Part shown: positions 1 to 8,664 of the stretch, in pieces
Layout of the letters: every line of letters starts with the position of its first letter
Numbering within the stretch: position 1 is the stretch's first letter
NCBI GenBank assembly: GCA_051532055.1
Contig: JAOPTX010000028.1
Span: 1 to 25,437 of the forward strand
DNA length: 25,437 nt
Source of the DNA: Fibrobacterales bacterium
GTDB lineage: Bacteria > Fibrobacterota > Fibrobacteria > Fibrobacterales > JAOPTW01
Direction: 5' to 3'
Translations under genes and position numbers: made by a program
The notes under the pieces: generated by a model
What the model was told of the DNA's origin: nothing
Database searches by the model: none
The model's input: only the letters and a program-made list of their open reading frames with translations

Positions 1-1
1 G

Positions 2-49
2 AAGGGAACTACTTTTGAAATAATAATTCCGATTGAACATGCAACTTAG
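2..49 (+). CDS. 3' end of a probable sensor histidine kinase (HATPase_c C-terminus), truncated by the window edge
   Basis: Frame 2 reads KGTTFEIIIPIEHAT-stop (TAG 47-49), matching the G-T-T-F-x-I-x-L/I-P ending of HATPase_c domains; only 15 codons visible. Confidence 0.6.
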   Translation, partial: KGTTFEIIIPIEHAT

Positions 50-133
50 AAATGACGGATCTTAGAAAATTTCGACAGTCATTAACATTACAAAGAAAAT
101 ACCACTAGACCATTCAAAAATCGAGGAGAATCT

Positions 134-745
134 ATGACAAAAGAGCACTGGAACACCATTTTTAACAACACGAGTCAAGAGCAACTTGGCTGGTTCGAAA
201 GTGAAGTATCACAAACGTTTTCACTCCTCGATCGTATCCCCAATCTCAACGAGAAACATGTCTTTATTGCGGGAGTCGGCACTTCAATTCTCGCCGAATC
301 TCTGATAGGCAAAACAGCCGTACTTACATTAAATGACCTGAGCGACAAAGCACTCACATTACTCAAACAACGATTACCGGAGAACACCCAACCAATTGAA
401 TGGGTTGCTGGGGATATTAGTACACCGCTTTGCATAGATCTTGAAAGTATCGATGTCTGGATAGACCGTGCAGTTCTGCACTTCTTAACTGAAGAGCGAG
501 ATATTGACGCCTACTTTGCGCAACTCAGACAGTCACTCCACCACAAAGGCTATGTACTTATTGCTGAATTCTCTGATACTGGCGCTCCAAAGTGTGCCGG
601 CCTTGAAGTACATCGCTACACAGAAGATGAGATACGTCATAGACTCGGCTCTCAATTCACCTTGATCCATGCAGAATCATACAGCTTTACCAATCCCAAT
701 GGAGACCCACGCCCCTATATTTATACCCTCTATCAAAAAGGGTAG
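134..745 (+). CDS. Class I SAM-dependent methyltransferase
   Basis: GAGGAG RBS upstream; motif I-like IAGVGTS, acidic residue after beta2 (LNDLS), AGDI, and WIDRAVLHFL / GAPKCAGL motifs typical of a widespread small SAM-MTase family. Confidence 0.85.
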   Translation: MTKEHWNTIFNNTSQEQLGWFESEVSQTFSLLDRIPNLNEKHVFIAGVGTSILAESLIGKTAVLTLNDLSDKALTLLKQRLPENTQPIEWVAGDISTPLCIDLESIDVWIDRAVLHFLTEERDIDAYFAQLRQSLHHKGYVLIAEFSDTGAPKCAGLEVHRYTEDEIRHRLGSQFTLIHAESYSFTNPNGDPRPYIYTLYQKG

Positions 746-763
746 TGACTCAATCATTCGGCT

Positions 764-1327
764 CTACCGAGCCATCTTCTCTACCTTCTTGAGCCATGCT
801 TCTCTCTTTTTAGGCGTTGATTGTTTGATAGGGGCAAAATAGGTTATGGATTTATTTTTAATTCCGCAAAATCCTAGAGTTCCTCGCGCAAACGAGTACT
901 TAACCGGTTGTTTCGTGAATAGTTTATAATACCAAACGGGTGAGTCCATTGTGACCATAAGCTGAGAAGTTTTTCCTTTCAATAGTTTTTCTGGAAAACT
1001 CTTTCCCGACTTAAACGCCCAACCAGGTAAAAAGAGTCGGTCAACAAATCCTTTGAGCAATGCTGGTATTGTCGCCCACCATATAGGAAAAACCCATACT
1101 ATATGCTCCGCTTCTTCGATCAATTTTTGACACCTTAAAAGGTCTGGCTCCAACTCTGTCCGTTTATGATACCCATCGGATAAATTGGGTGAGAAGGTTA
1201 GTTCGTATAATTTAACCATCGCTATATCTCTACCCGCCGATACCGCTGTTTTATAATAGGTTTCTGCAATTTCATTACAGTAAGATTGAGCATTAGGGTG
1301 CCCGAGAATAATCAATTCTTTTGCCAT
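764..1327 (-). CDS. NAD(P)H-dependent oxidoreductase, flavodoxin-like fold (Flavodoxin_2 / quinone reductase family)
   Basis: GHP..S, FPIWW, PALLKGFVDR, LKGK motifs. Confidence 0.9.
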   Translation of the reverse strand: MAKELIILGHPNAQSYCNEIAETYYKTAVSAGRDIAMVKLYELTFSPNLSDGYHKRTELEPDLLRCQKLIEEAEHIVWVFPIWWATIPALLKGFVDRLFLPGWAFKSGKSFPEKLLKGKTSQLMVTMDSPVWYYKLFTKQPVKYSFARGTLGFCGIKNKSITYFAPIKQSTPKKREAWLKKVEKMAR

Positions 1328-1401
1328 GATTTATGTTCCATATCAATTTCTTAGAACATATATAGTGTCTATCTGTTTACCCGTAAACCTTCATTCACAA
1401 A

Positions 1402-1428
1402 TGATACACCTTGATACATTTTGTTACT
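1402..1428. promoter_or_regulatory. Direct repeats at 10-bp period in a divergent promoter region
   Basis: TGATACA 1402-1408, TGATACA 1412-1418, TGTTACT 1422-1428. Confidence 0.4.
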
Positions 1429-1511
1429 CTCACCGTAGAATACGTTCCTTTTAATCCCAAAACAGTGACGCATAACTATGTTTATTACCGTTAGTATCTT
1501 AAGAGCCCCTC

Positions 1512-2315
1512 ATGAACCTATCAAGTCAAAAAAGCATCACCATAATCGGCAGTGGTTGGCTCGGCCTTCCTTTAATAATACACTGTATCAACAAGGGATA
1601 CTCCGTAAAAGCAACAACAACGACCCCTCATCGTATTTCTGAAATTACAGAAGCAGGCGCTGAGGGCCATCTTTTCAACATTGAGAGCTTTGATACTCTT
1701 GATCCTACACTCTTTCATAGCCACCTCCTTCTCATTAATATTCCCACAAAAAATAGTGCCGCCTTTAAAAGGCTCATCCCCATTATTGAATCATCTCCTA
1801 TTCGTTCTGTACTGTTAATCAGTTCTACTTCTGTATATGTTGCAACCAATAGTACTGTTACAGAAGAAGCACCAACAGTATCAGATGCGCCCCTCGTCAT
1901 CATTGAGAAATATTTTACCGATTCTCAAGTTTTCGATACCACCATCGTTCGGTTTGCAGGATTAGTAGGGCCACAGAGACATCCCGGCAAGTTTTTCTCA
2001 TCCGGTAAGTCAATCAGCAATCCTCGAGCCCCAGTAAATATTATTCATCGAGATGATTGTTTGGGAATCATTGATACCATTCTAATGCACAATGCCTGGA
2101 GTGAAACGTTTAATGGATGCTCTGAATCCCATCCATCAAAAATGGACTTTTATTCCGCTGCCGCACAACAACTCAATAAACCTATCCCACAAACTATCCC
2201 CAATAGTGACGCCCCCTTTAAAAAGGTTGATGGTTCAAAAATCACCCGTACATACGGATATCAGTTCAAACACCCCAATTGTTCAAAATGGCTCAAAACC
2301 CTCTCTAATTCTTAA
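1512..2315 (+). CDS. NAD(P)-dependent epimerase/dehydratase-like atypical SDR (YeeZ-like)
   Basis: IIGSGWLG Rossmann motif, ISSTSVY, RFAGLVGP, VNIIHRDD. Confidence 0.85.
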   Translation: MNLSSQKSITIIGSGWLGLPLIIHCINKGYSVKATTTTPHRISEITEAGAEGHLFNIESFDTLDPTLFHSHLLLINIPTKNSAAFKRLIPIIESSPIRSVLLISSTSVYVATNSTVTEEAPTVSDAPLVIIEKYFTDSQVFDTTIVRFAGLVGPQRHPGKFFSSGKSISNPRAPVNIIHRDDCLGIIDTILMHNAWSETFNGCSESHPSKMDFYSAAAQQLNKPIPQTIPNSDAPFKKVDGSKITRTYGYQFKHPNCSKWLKTLSNS

Positions 2316-2570
2316 ATAAGATACAGTTGGCAAGTGATTGTACCATTATTCATTTACGATAATACTATTGAACAGATACAACGAGATTACTACTAAGCTA
2401 CTGTAGATCACAAATTTATGAAAAACAGCCGCTCATCTCAGTACAAAGCTTTTATACAACCGTAAGAAGCACTCGTTATTATTATTTTAACAACACTAAT
2501 GTACCCCTTAGATATACGCTTACCTAAATATTTGATACATTTGGCCTTTTACACGTACTAAAGGCACACC

Positions 2571-4865
2571 ATGTTCTATATCAGTTTTATACTGCTTCTT
2601 CTTACTCTTGTATCAATGTCATGGGGACGCAGTGCCAGCCTCTACGGGACAGTAACCCATGCTCAGACGGGCAAACCGCTCGCCAACGTACGACTCTATC
2701 TTTTACCCGAAGACAAAATGGATACCACTGATCAAATGGGGAATTACGCATTAAGTAATTGTACCAGTGGTCTTCATGAACTCCAAGTCTGGGGAGACAG
2801 TCTCGAACCACTCCTTTTAGAAAATATTGTAATTACACAGGGACAAGATATTGAACATGCAATAATTCTGCACCCAATGTACACGAATGTTGGCAACCCT
2901 AATACTGATACTCTTACATCCATTACAAATAAAACAATTAAAGTTACCGCCTCAAAAACCCTTAAACAGATGCGTCCGGGTAACAATGAATTCTCAAGCA
3001 AATACAAAGTATCACGCAGTGATATCCTCGAAATGCCTGGAGGCATGCAAGATATAAACCATTACATAAAAACACTTCCTGGCTCGAGCAACAGTGCAGA
3101 CAATCTTTCAAATCTCAATGTTCGCGGTGGAGGCTCAAACGAAAATGCCTATCTCATCGATGGCATTCCTATTTTTAACATTAATCATTTTGAAGACAAT
3201 CAACAGACTGGAGGTGGCATTGGAAATATCAATCCTCATTTCCTATCACGTATCGATTACACAACAGGTGGGTTTCCTGCTCATTACCCTGATAAACTTT
3301 CTTCAGTCATGAACATCATTTTTAAAAAAGGTTCGACCGCAAACCACAGCGGAAAATTCACCTTTGACGCCGCTGGCGCTGGTGCAATGGTTGAAGGCCC
3401 AATCCCCCTTACCAATAGTAAAGCAAGTTATGGAGTAACGGCTCGAAAAAGTGCACTTGACCTTCTACAAAGTGTTGGTATAGTGGACTTTCCCGGCATA
3501 CCACGCTATCAAAATGTTCACGTTAAAACAAACTACGCATTTGAACATTCTGAACTCTCTCTTAATGTATTAGGCGCTCAAGATGAATATGATGAACCCC
3601 TTGAATACCATAGGTACATCCATCCCAGTGACACCATTATTAGATATGACACTACAAAGGTTTTACAAACCTCACAGAACCTATTTACGGCCCTAAAATG
3701 GACATCTTATCTTGATGATGGCCTTTTTTCTCTCTATAGTGCTTGGAATACTCGAAATATTACAGAGAAATGGTGGCGAGATCGAGGTATTTACATTACC
3801 ACCAGTGATACCACACACACCTTTCATACTATTTCTAATGAGTCTTCAGGGGGAGATCGACTTCTATGGGGCAGTGATATCATCACAAACCTTACTAATA
3901 ATATCACTATTCAAGGAGGAATTCTTAATCAATACAACTTAGTCAATACTTCTTTTCAAACAGAGCTAAACAAGCAAGACTATACCCAAAAATACGACGA
4001 AGGTTTCTATGACATAGCGGCATACACGGAAGGGACCTATAGATTTCCGAAGGGAGACATTACAATGGGAGTACGTACAACATACGACGAATTCCTTAAC
4101 ACTACAGCCATCAGTCCTCACTACGGTATACAGTGGTACCCTACAACGTCGATCACCCTGAGGTCCGTTGGCGGTATCTATCATCAAAGTCCAGCAATCT
4201 ATTTTCAGCAATCACCCAATCTACCCATTGACTTTAGCGAAAGTATTCAACAAGTCCTTGGCATTGATTGGAATATGTGGAAGTCCTTTATAGTCACTAT
4301 TGAAAGTTATGTTAAATTCAATAATGAAGTGCATACTATTGAGGAGCCTATTTTTGATCGGTATACAAAGCGCACTTTTAGAATGTATGGCATTGATGCA
4401 CACATCAAAGGGAATTTCAATAAAAGACTAAAAGCACAAGTAGGGTTTTCTTATGCATACAATAAAGAAAAAAGGCTCGGAAACTGGTTGCCATACGAGA
4501 GTTCACTTCCTTGGTCATTCTCAAATCATATCCATTGGAACCCATGGCATACTCTAAAAATCAGTACACAATACTCCATTGCCGCTGGCACTCCGTATAG
4601 TGAAAAGCAAGAAGTATTTATTAACAATCAAACAACTGGTTCCACAAGTATCAATGAAACGATGAGATTTTCGCACCTGCATGACGCAACCCATACTTTG
4701 AGTTTAAGCATAAACTACACTTGGAACTTTAAGTCAACAAGTATTCAATCATTTATCGATGTAAAAAATATCTACAACCAAAAAAACATCTATACTCAAG
4801 AAGAATTTTATCATCGAGAAGGATGGGGGCTCTTTCCTGTTGGTGGCTTCGCCTTCAGCTTCTAG
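2571..4865 (+). CDS. TonB-dependent receptor with N-terminal carboxypeptidase-regulatory-like domain
   Basis: Signal peptide; GTVTHAQTGKPLANV..TTDQMGNY domain; plug motifs LPG, NVRGG..NEN.YLIDG, GGFPA.Y.DKLSSV; NIYN near the end; C-terminal Phe. Confidence 0.88.
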   Translation: MFYISFILLLLTLVSMSWGRSASLYGTVTHAQTGKPLANVRLYLLPEDKMDTTDQMGNYALSNCTSGLHELQVWGDSLEPLLLENIVITQGQDIEHAIILHPMYTNVGNPNTDTLTSITNKTIKVTASKTLKQMRPGNNEFSSKYKVSRSDILEMPGGMQDINHYIKTLPGSSNSADNLSNLNVRGGGSNENAYLIDGIPIFNINHFEDNQQTGGGIGNINPHFLSRIDYTTGGFPAHYPDKLSSVMNIIFKKGSTANHSGKFTFDAAGAGAMVEGPIPLTNSKASYGVTARKSALDLLQSVGIVDFPGIPRYQNVHVKTNYAFEHSELSLNVLGAQDEYDEPLEYHRYIHPSDTIIRYDTTKVLQTSQNLFTALKWTSYLDDGLFSLYSAWNTRNITEKWWRDRGIYITTSDTTHTFHTISNESSGGDRLLWGSDIITNLTNNITIQGGILNQYNLVNTSFQTELNKQDYTQKYDEGFYDIAAYTEGTYRFPKGDITMGVRTTYDEFLNTTAISPHYGIQWYPTTSITLRSVGGIYHQSPAIYFQQSPNLPIDFSESIQQVLGIDWNMWKSFIVTIESYVKFNNEVHTIEEPIFDRYTKRTFRMYGIDAHIKGNFNKRLKAQVGFSYAYNKEKRLGNWLPYESSLPWSFSNHIHWNPWHTLKISTQYSIAAGTPYSEKQEVFINNQTTGSTSINETMRFSHLHDATHTLSLSINYTWNFKSTSIQSFIDVKNIYNQKNIYTQEEFYHREGWGLFPVGGFAFSF

Positions 4866-4901
4866 ACACCACTCACCTACACCACATACGTTCTCAATAA
4901 T

Positions 4902-5447
4902 TTACCAAATTGATTCGGGGCTTTTGCTAAAAAAGACCCCTAAGCGAATTCCCCACTGATTCATAGCATCAACCGTGGCAAACCGCTTATACAGACCAAG
5001 ATCGACCTTCCAAAATGTTATTCCAAGGGAAAGTGTTTCACTCATCCCCCAGTTACCCACATACGCCTCAAAACGATGAGAAAAATAGGGCTGCACATAC
5101 ATATACTGAAGACTCACATTGAAGTTAGCAAGGCTGTTTAATATAATCCCAGTTACCACCAGTGGAATCCCATGCTCCTTTCCTAGATACGCACCAGAGC
5201 CATAGAACACCCATGGCACTGCAAGTTCTAAAGGCACATAGACCTTATTATCAATATACGAGTATCCGACATTCACTAAATCAATGGCAAAAAGTTTATT
5301 TTCATCTGCTAAAAAGCCAATACTGACCTGGGATCTCACCTCATTTTTAGGTTGCCAATTAAAAGACAACTTCATAAGGTCTGGTTCGTTTTCAGCAAAA
5401 AGAGTGTTAAAGAGGACGAGTCCAATAACAAAAATACGCGATATCAT
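4902..5447 (-). CDS. Hypothetical exported, possibly outer-membrane, protein
   Basis: GAGGTG RBS; signal peptide (..NTLFA); alternating aromatic/hydrophobic strands near the C-terminus. Confidence 0.6.
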   Translation of the reverse strand: MISRIFVIGLVLFNTLFAENEPDLMKLSFNWQPKNEVRSQVSIGFLADENKLFAIDLVNVGYSYIDNKVYVPLELAVPWVFYGSGAYLGKEHGIPLVVTGIILNSLANFNVSLQYMYVQPYFSHRFEAYVGNWGMSETLSLGITFWKVDLGLYKRFATVDAMNQWGIRLGVFFSKSPESIW

Positions 5448-5557
5448 ATATCACCTCGAAACATAACAGAGCTTAAAAATAGTTTTTTTTAATATTCTCT
5501 CAAACAATCCTTCATTTCAGTCTTTAATGGCTATTGCGTACCACAAAGGCCAATTTG

Positions 5558-5571
5558 TTGATTTCAATCAA
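5558..5571. promoter_or_regulatory. CRP/FNR-family (FNR/DNR-type) binding site
   Basis: TTGAT-TTCA-ATCAA is an exact TTGAT-N4-ATCAA match, about 30 bp upstream of a TACCTT promoter-like element (5594), compatible with class II activation geometry. Confidence 0.75.
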
Positions 5572-5626
5572 GGGGCCTTTGTGGGAAACTATGTACCTTT
5601 ATATTCAGAACAACAGCGAGGCATTT

Positions 5627-6406
5627 ATGAAAGCATATCTTGAACAATATATCAAACCCCTTCTTGAGCAATACCCAGAAATTGGTACAATTCTTAATAA
5701 CTATTCTGTGGGATGTTCTGATTGTAATGTAGGTACTTGTAAGTTGATTGACATTTTAGAGATCCACAACCTCGATGCTACAACCAGTAAATCACTTATC
5801 AGTGAAATGGGATCGGTTATTTATGGAGATGCCCCTTTTGAAATCCCAACAATTGAAGAGAAGAAGACGGTAAACAAAGAATCATATTCGCCTGCTATCC
5901 GCAAAATGATGAATGAACATGTCTACATTAAAAAGGTTATAGCAGCAATTCCCTACCTCATTGAAGAATTAAAAATCGATTTCAGCAAAACAGTTTCTGA
6001 TATCGAAATGGCAATTGATTTTATTAAAAATTATGCCGACGGCTATCATCACGCTAAAGAAGAAGATATACTTTTTGGTTTTTTCGATCCAGAACTCGAT
6101 ATATTGAAAGTGATGTACACTGACCATGACACCGGAAGAAGCTTTGTAAAAAATACATTGGCCGGTATAACTGCCAAAAATAGCCATACCATAGAAGAAA
6201 ATTTATCTGGATATGCAGCACTTCTCACTGAGCACATTAAAAAAGAGGATGAAATACTCTTCCCTTGGATGGATAGAACACTCACCGATAAACAAATTGG
6301 CGAGCTCTATTCTCAGTGTGTTGTTGTCGACTCTACCTTTGGCTCAAAACCTTTTGAATATGAAGACTTTGCCAACCAACTCGAAAAAAGATTCGCATCA
6401 AACTAG
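5627..6406 (+). CDS. Hemerythrin (HHE)-domain protein with N-terminal Cys-motif (DUF1858-like) domain
   Basis: Start moved to ATG 5627 (GAGG RBS at 5618-5621); GCSDCNVGTC; iron-ligand motifs EH, HHAKEE, DH, EHIKKED. Confidence 0.85.
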   Translation: MKAYLEQYIKPLLEQYPEIGTILNNYSVGCSDCNVGTCKLIDILEIHNLDATTSKSLISEMGSVIYGDAPFEIPTIEEKKTVNKESYSPAIRKMMNEHVYIKKVIAAIPYLIEELKIDFSKTVSDIEMAIDFIKNYADGYHHAKEEDILFGFFDPELDILKVMYTDHDTGRSFVKNTLAGITAKNSHTIEENLSGYAALLTEHIKKEDEILFPWMDRTLTDKQIGELYSQCVVVDSTFGSKPFEYEDFANQLEKRFASN

Positions 6407-6412
6407 ATAAAT

Positions 6413-6452
6413 AAAAAATGCCCAAGGAGATCTGGGGAACTCCTTCGGGCAT
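6413..6452 (-). terminator. Intrinsic terminator for the minus-strand lipoprotein gene (possibly bidirectional)
   Basis: ATGCCC-AAGGAG / CTCCTT-c-GGGCAT stem, 10-nt loop; A-run 6413-6418 gives a U-tract on the minus strand. Confidence 0.75.
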
Positions 6453-6536
6453 CTTGTTTTGATACGGCATCTGCACTGTTTACTGGGGGTTATTCCAGTA
6501 CAGACACTAATCAAAGTCTATTGTTCTTCTTTACAA

Positions 6537-8195
6537 TCACAGTAATGTAAAATCTACTTGTGAACGCCATGTTCCTGTTGATCCATAACTACCGCTCGCG
6601 CCCTCTAATAGTGCATCATTGTTGTTACCCGATTGATCCTTTATAAATACAACATTAGTATCCAAATAATTAAAATCATAACTCACAATTAAACCACTCG
6701 TATAATCCAACTGTTGTGTAACGGAATACATATTTGCTTCAATTTCTACTGAAGTACGAACCCTATTCCAAATACGTACATTATCTATTCTACCATCAAA
6801 ATGTCCATCTGAACTAACAGCACTTTTACCAAGATAATTCACGTTTCGATCAGTATTAGCGGGGACCGCTTTCATACCTGCATTTACACTCTTTTTCTCC
6901 GCACCATTTATATACATTGAAACAACGCCATCAATTGCGACAGTAACAGCTACATGAGTCCACTGCCCTGCTACAAAAGCTGAATCAAGTAACGCCCCAG
7001 CCCAATCATCTGGATTAGTTCCTCTTTCGTTATTCAGTACATTAAATTTAAGAGCATTATAATTATTCCCTTTTACACTCACTCCTACAACCACCATATA
7101 ATTATGCAATCCATTTGAAAGGTGTATAATTGGAGCATCATTACTAAAGGTATCCCACAAAACCCATGCCTCGATCGTCATACCATTATTCTCCCAGTCA
7201 TCATTAAAGCGCGGAAGTGTTACATGACTCCATTCGTTGATATTTAAAATTTCTGTTTCATCAATAAATACTGCTGACGACTCATCAACCGACGATGAAC
7301 TCTCTGATGAGGAAACAACTTGCGATGACAATACTTGAACACTTGAAAGGGAAACACTACTAGAAGAAAGAACGACAACTATAGATGAACTTGAAAAAAG
7401 CGAGGAAGAGCTTATAACTTTACTCGAGGAAGACGATGCTATTATTAAAGTATCATCAGTAGCCGAACTCACTGGACTTATACTACTCAATAATTCAGCT
7501 GATGAGGAAATTTCGGTATGTGTATTATCTACGTCTCCATTTGACGAAGAACTAGATGTTTGAGTCGATAAGTCCACCTCTACTAGAGAAGAGGATGCTA
7601 GGGACCATGCATGTGAACTTACCGAGCTCAAAACATCTGAGGGATCGTTACTACTACTCACACCAATTGGAGGAGCCTGTATACTTGAAGATTGTAAGGA
7701 GTCAATTTTTACCATATGTTCGGCGATACCCTGAAAGGCATCTACCCTTAACAATTCATCTGATTTAAATTGTTGGAGTAACTCACGCAACTGATGTTGC
7801 TCCGCAACAAGCGTGGGGTCACTGTTTTCTGAAACAAGAGCGAGTGTCTCTGAGTTATATTGTTCTAAAGAATCAATAGTTGTATTTAGTTGTTGAATCT
7901 GAATGGTAATTAGTTCAACACGCCCTTGTAGCGCTCTTTCAAATACAGCCACTCGGCTGGGATCAGACTCCTTTGACAATGCTCGATCAATAAGAGTCAA
8001 TGTATCTATCAATAAGGCAATATCATTCACACGTTCTTTGAGAATTTGAATATCTTCATGAGATTCCAATTCTCCAGTCGTATCAAGTTCAGTAATGGTG
8101 ACCACCTTGTCGTCACCACAGTACAAGAGCATAAGTGAAATAAAGAAAACTCCCATCACCTTCATTAATTGCTGTACTGTCGCTACCCGATACAT
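6537..8195 (-). CDS. Lipoprotein: helical/coiled-coil domain, Ser-rich linker, C-terminal LamG-like jellyroll domain
   Basis: Start at ATG 8195 with GGGGA RBS; lipobox-like LLYC; poly-Ser linker; LamG motifs MTIEAWV, WTHVAVT, MYING, FDGRIDNVRIWN. Confidence 0.8.
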   Translation of the reverse strand: MYRVATVQQLMKVMGVFFISLMLLYCGDDKVVTITELDTTGELESHEDIQILKERVNDIALLIDTLTLIDRALSKESDPSRVAVFERALQGRVELITIQIQQLNTTIDSLEQYNSETLALVSENSDPTLVAEQHQLRELLQQFKSDELLRVDAFQGIAEHMVKIDSLQSSSIQAPPIGVSSSNDPSDVLSSVSSHAWSLASSSLVEVDLSTQTSSSSSNGDVDNTHTEISSSAELLSSISPVSSATDDTLIIASSSSSKVISSSSLFSSSSIVVVLSSSSVSLSSVQVLSSQVVSSSESSSSVDESSAVFIDETEILNINEWSHVTLPRFNDDWENNGMTIEAWVLWDTFSNDAPIIHLSNGLHNYMVVVGVSVKGNNYNALKFNVLNNERGTNPDDWAGALLDSAFVAGQWTHVAVTVAIDGVVSMYINGAEKKSVNAGMKAVPANTDRNVNYLGKSAVSSDGHFDGRIDNVRIWNRVRTSVEIEANMYSVTQQLDYTSGLIVSYDFNYLDTNVVFIKDQSGNNNDALLEGASGSYGSTGTWRSQVDFTLL

Positions 8196-8348
8196 ATGTT
8201 CCCCAATGATACAATGAGCATTCTGAATTTCAGAAATACCCACCCTAATTGTGCGTGACCATGCGATTTATTGTGTGTGTGTTTGAGTAGATGCATGTGT
8301 AGTGCATCCAATCACTTTCCCGACATAAAGGTATATTATTTATTCTTA

Positions 8349-8499
8349 TTTACTCACTAGTTTTTATTATTTCACTCACTAGCGAATACCAAATCAAACA
8401 AATACGGCCACCACAACCCCCATTTAAAGCTCAGTAAAGTAATATTTTACATGAGGAACAAATAAAAAACATAAATACCCCCAATACTTTACTCACTAG
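8349..8499. repeat. Three direct copies of TT(T/C)ACTCACTAG upstream of the lipoprotein promoter
   Basis: Copies at 8349-8360, 8371-8382 (22-bp period) and 8488-8499. Confidence 0.7.
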
Positions 8500-8603
8500 A
8501 TTTAACTAAATACAGTGTAAACGCACCTAAAAACCATTTGTATATCAATTGCCCCCTACTAACACACAAAGAGTATTCTTAAGAGATATCTATTTTTGAA
8601 CAC

Positions 8604-8628
8604 AAAAAAAGGGAGCAGAACGCCCCCT
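8604..8628 (-). terminator. Intrinsic terminator of the GH31 gene
   Basis: Minus strand AGGGGGC-GTTCT-GCTCCCT followed by a T-run. Confidence 0.75.
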
Positions 8629-8664
8629 CACTTGATAAAATAAATCGTTTGTTAAAAGTACATT

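Noticed and set aside
7270..7700. Low-complexity sequence as tandem repeat or CRISPR
   Set aside because: Encodes a poly-Ser linker with varied codons; no fixed repeat-spacer structure anywhere in the window.
8250..8260. GGTCACGCACA on the minus strand resembles the start of a c-di-GMP-I riboswitch
   Set aside because: The GGCAAAC..GAAA..GACGCAAAG core does not follow.
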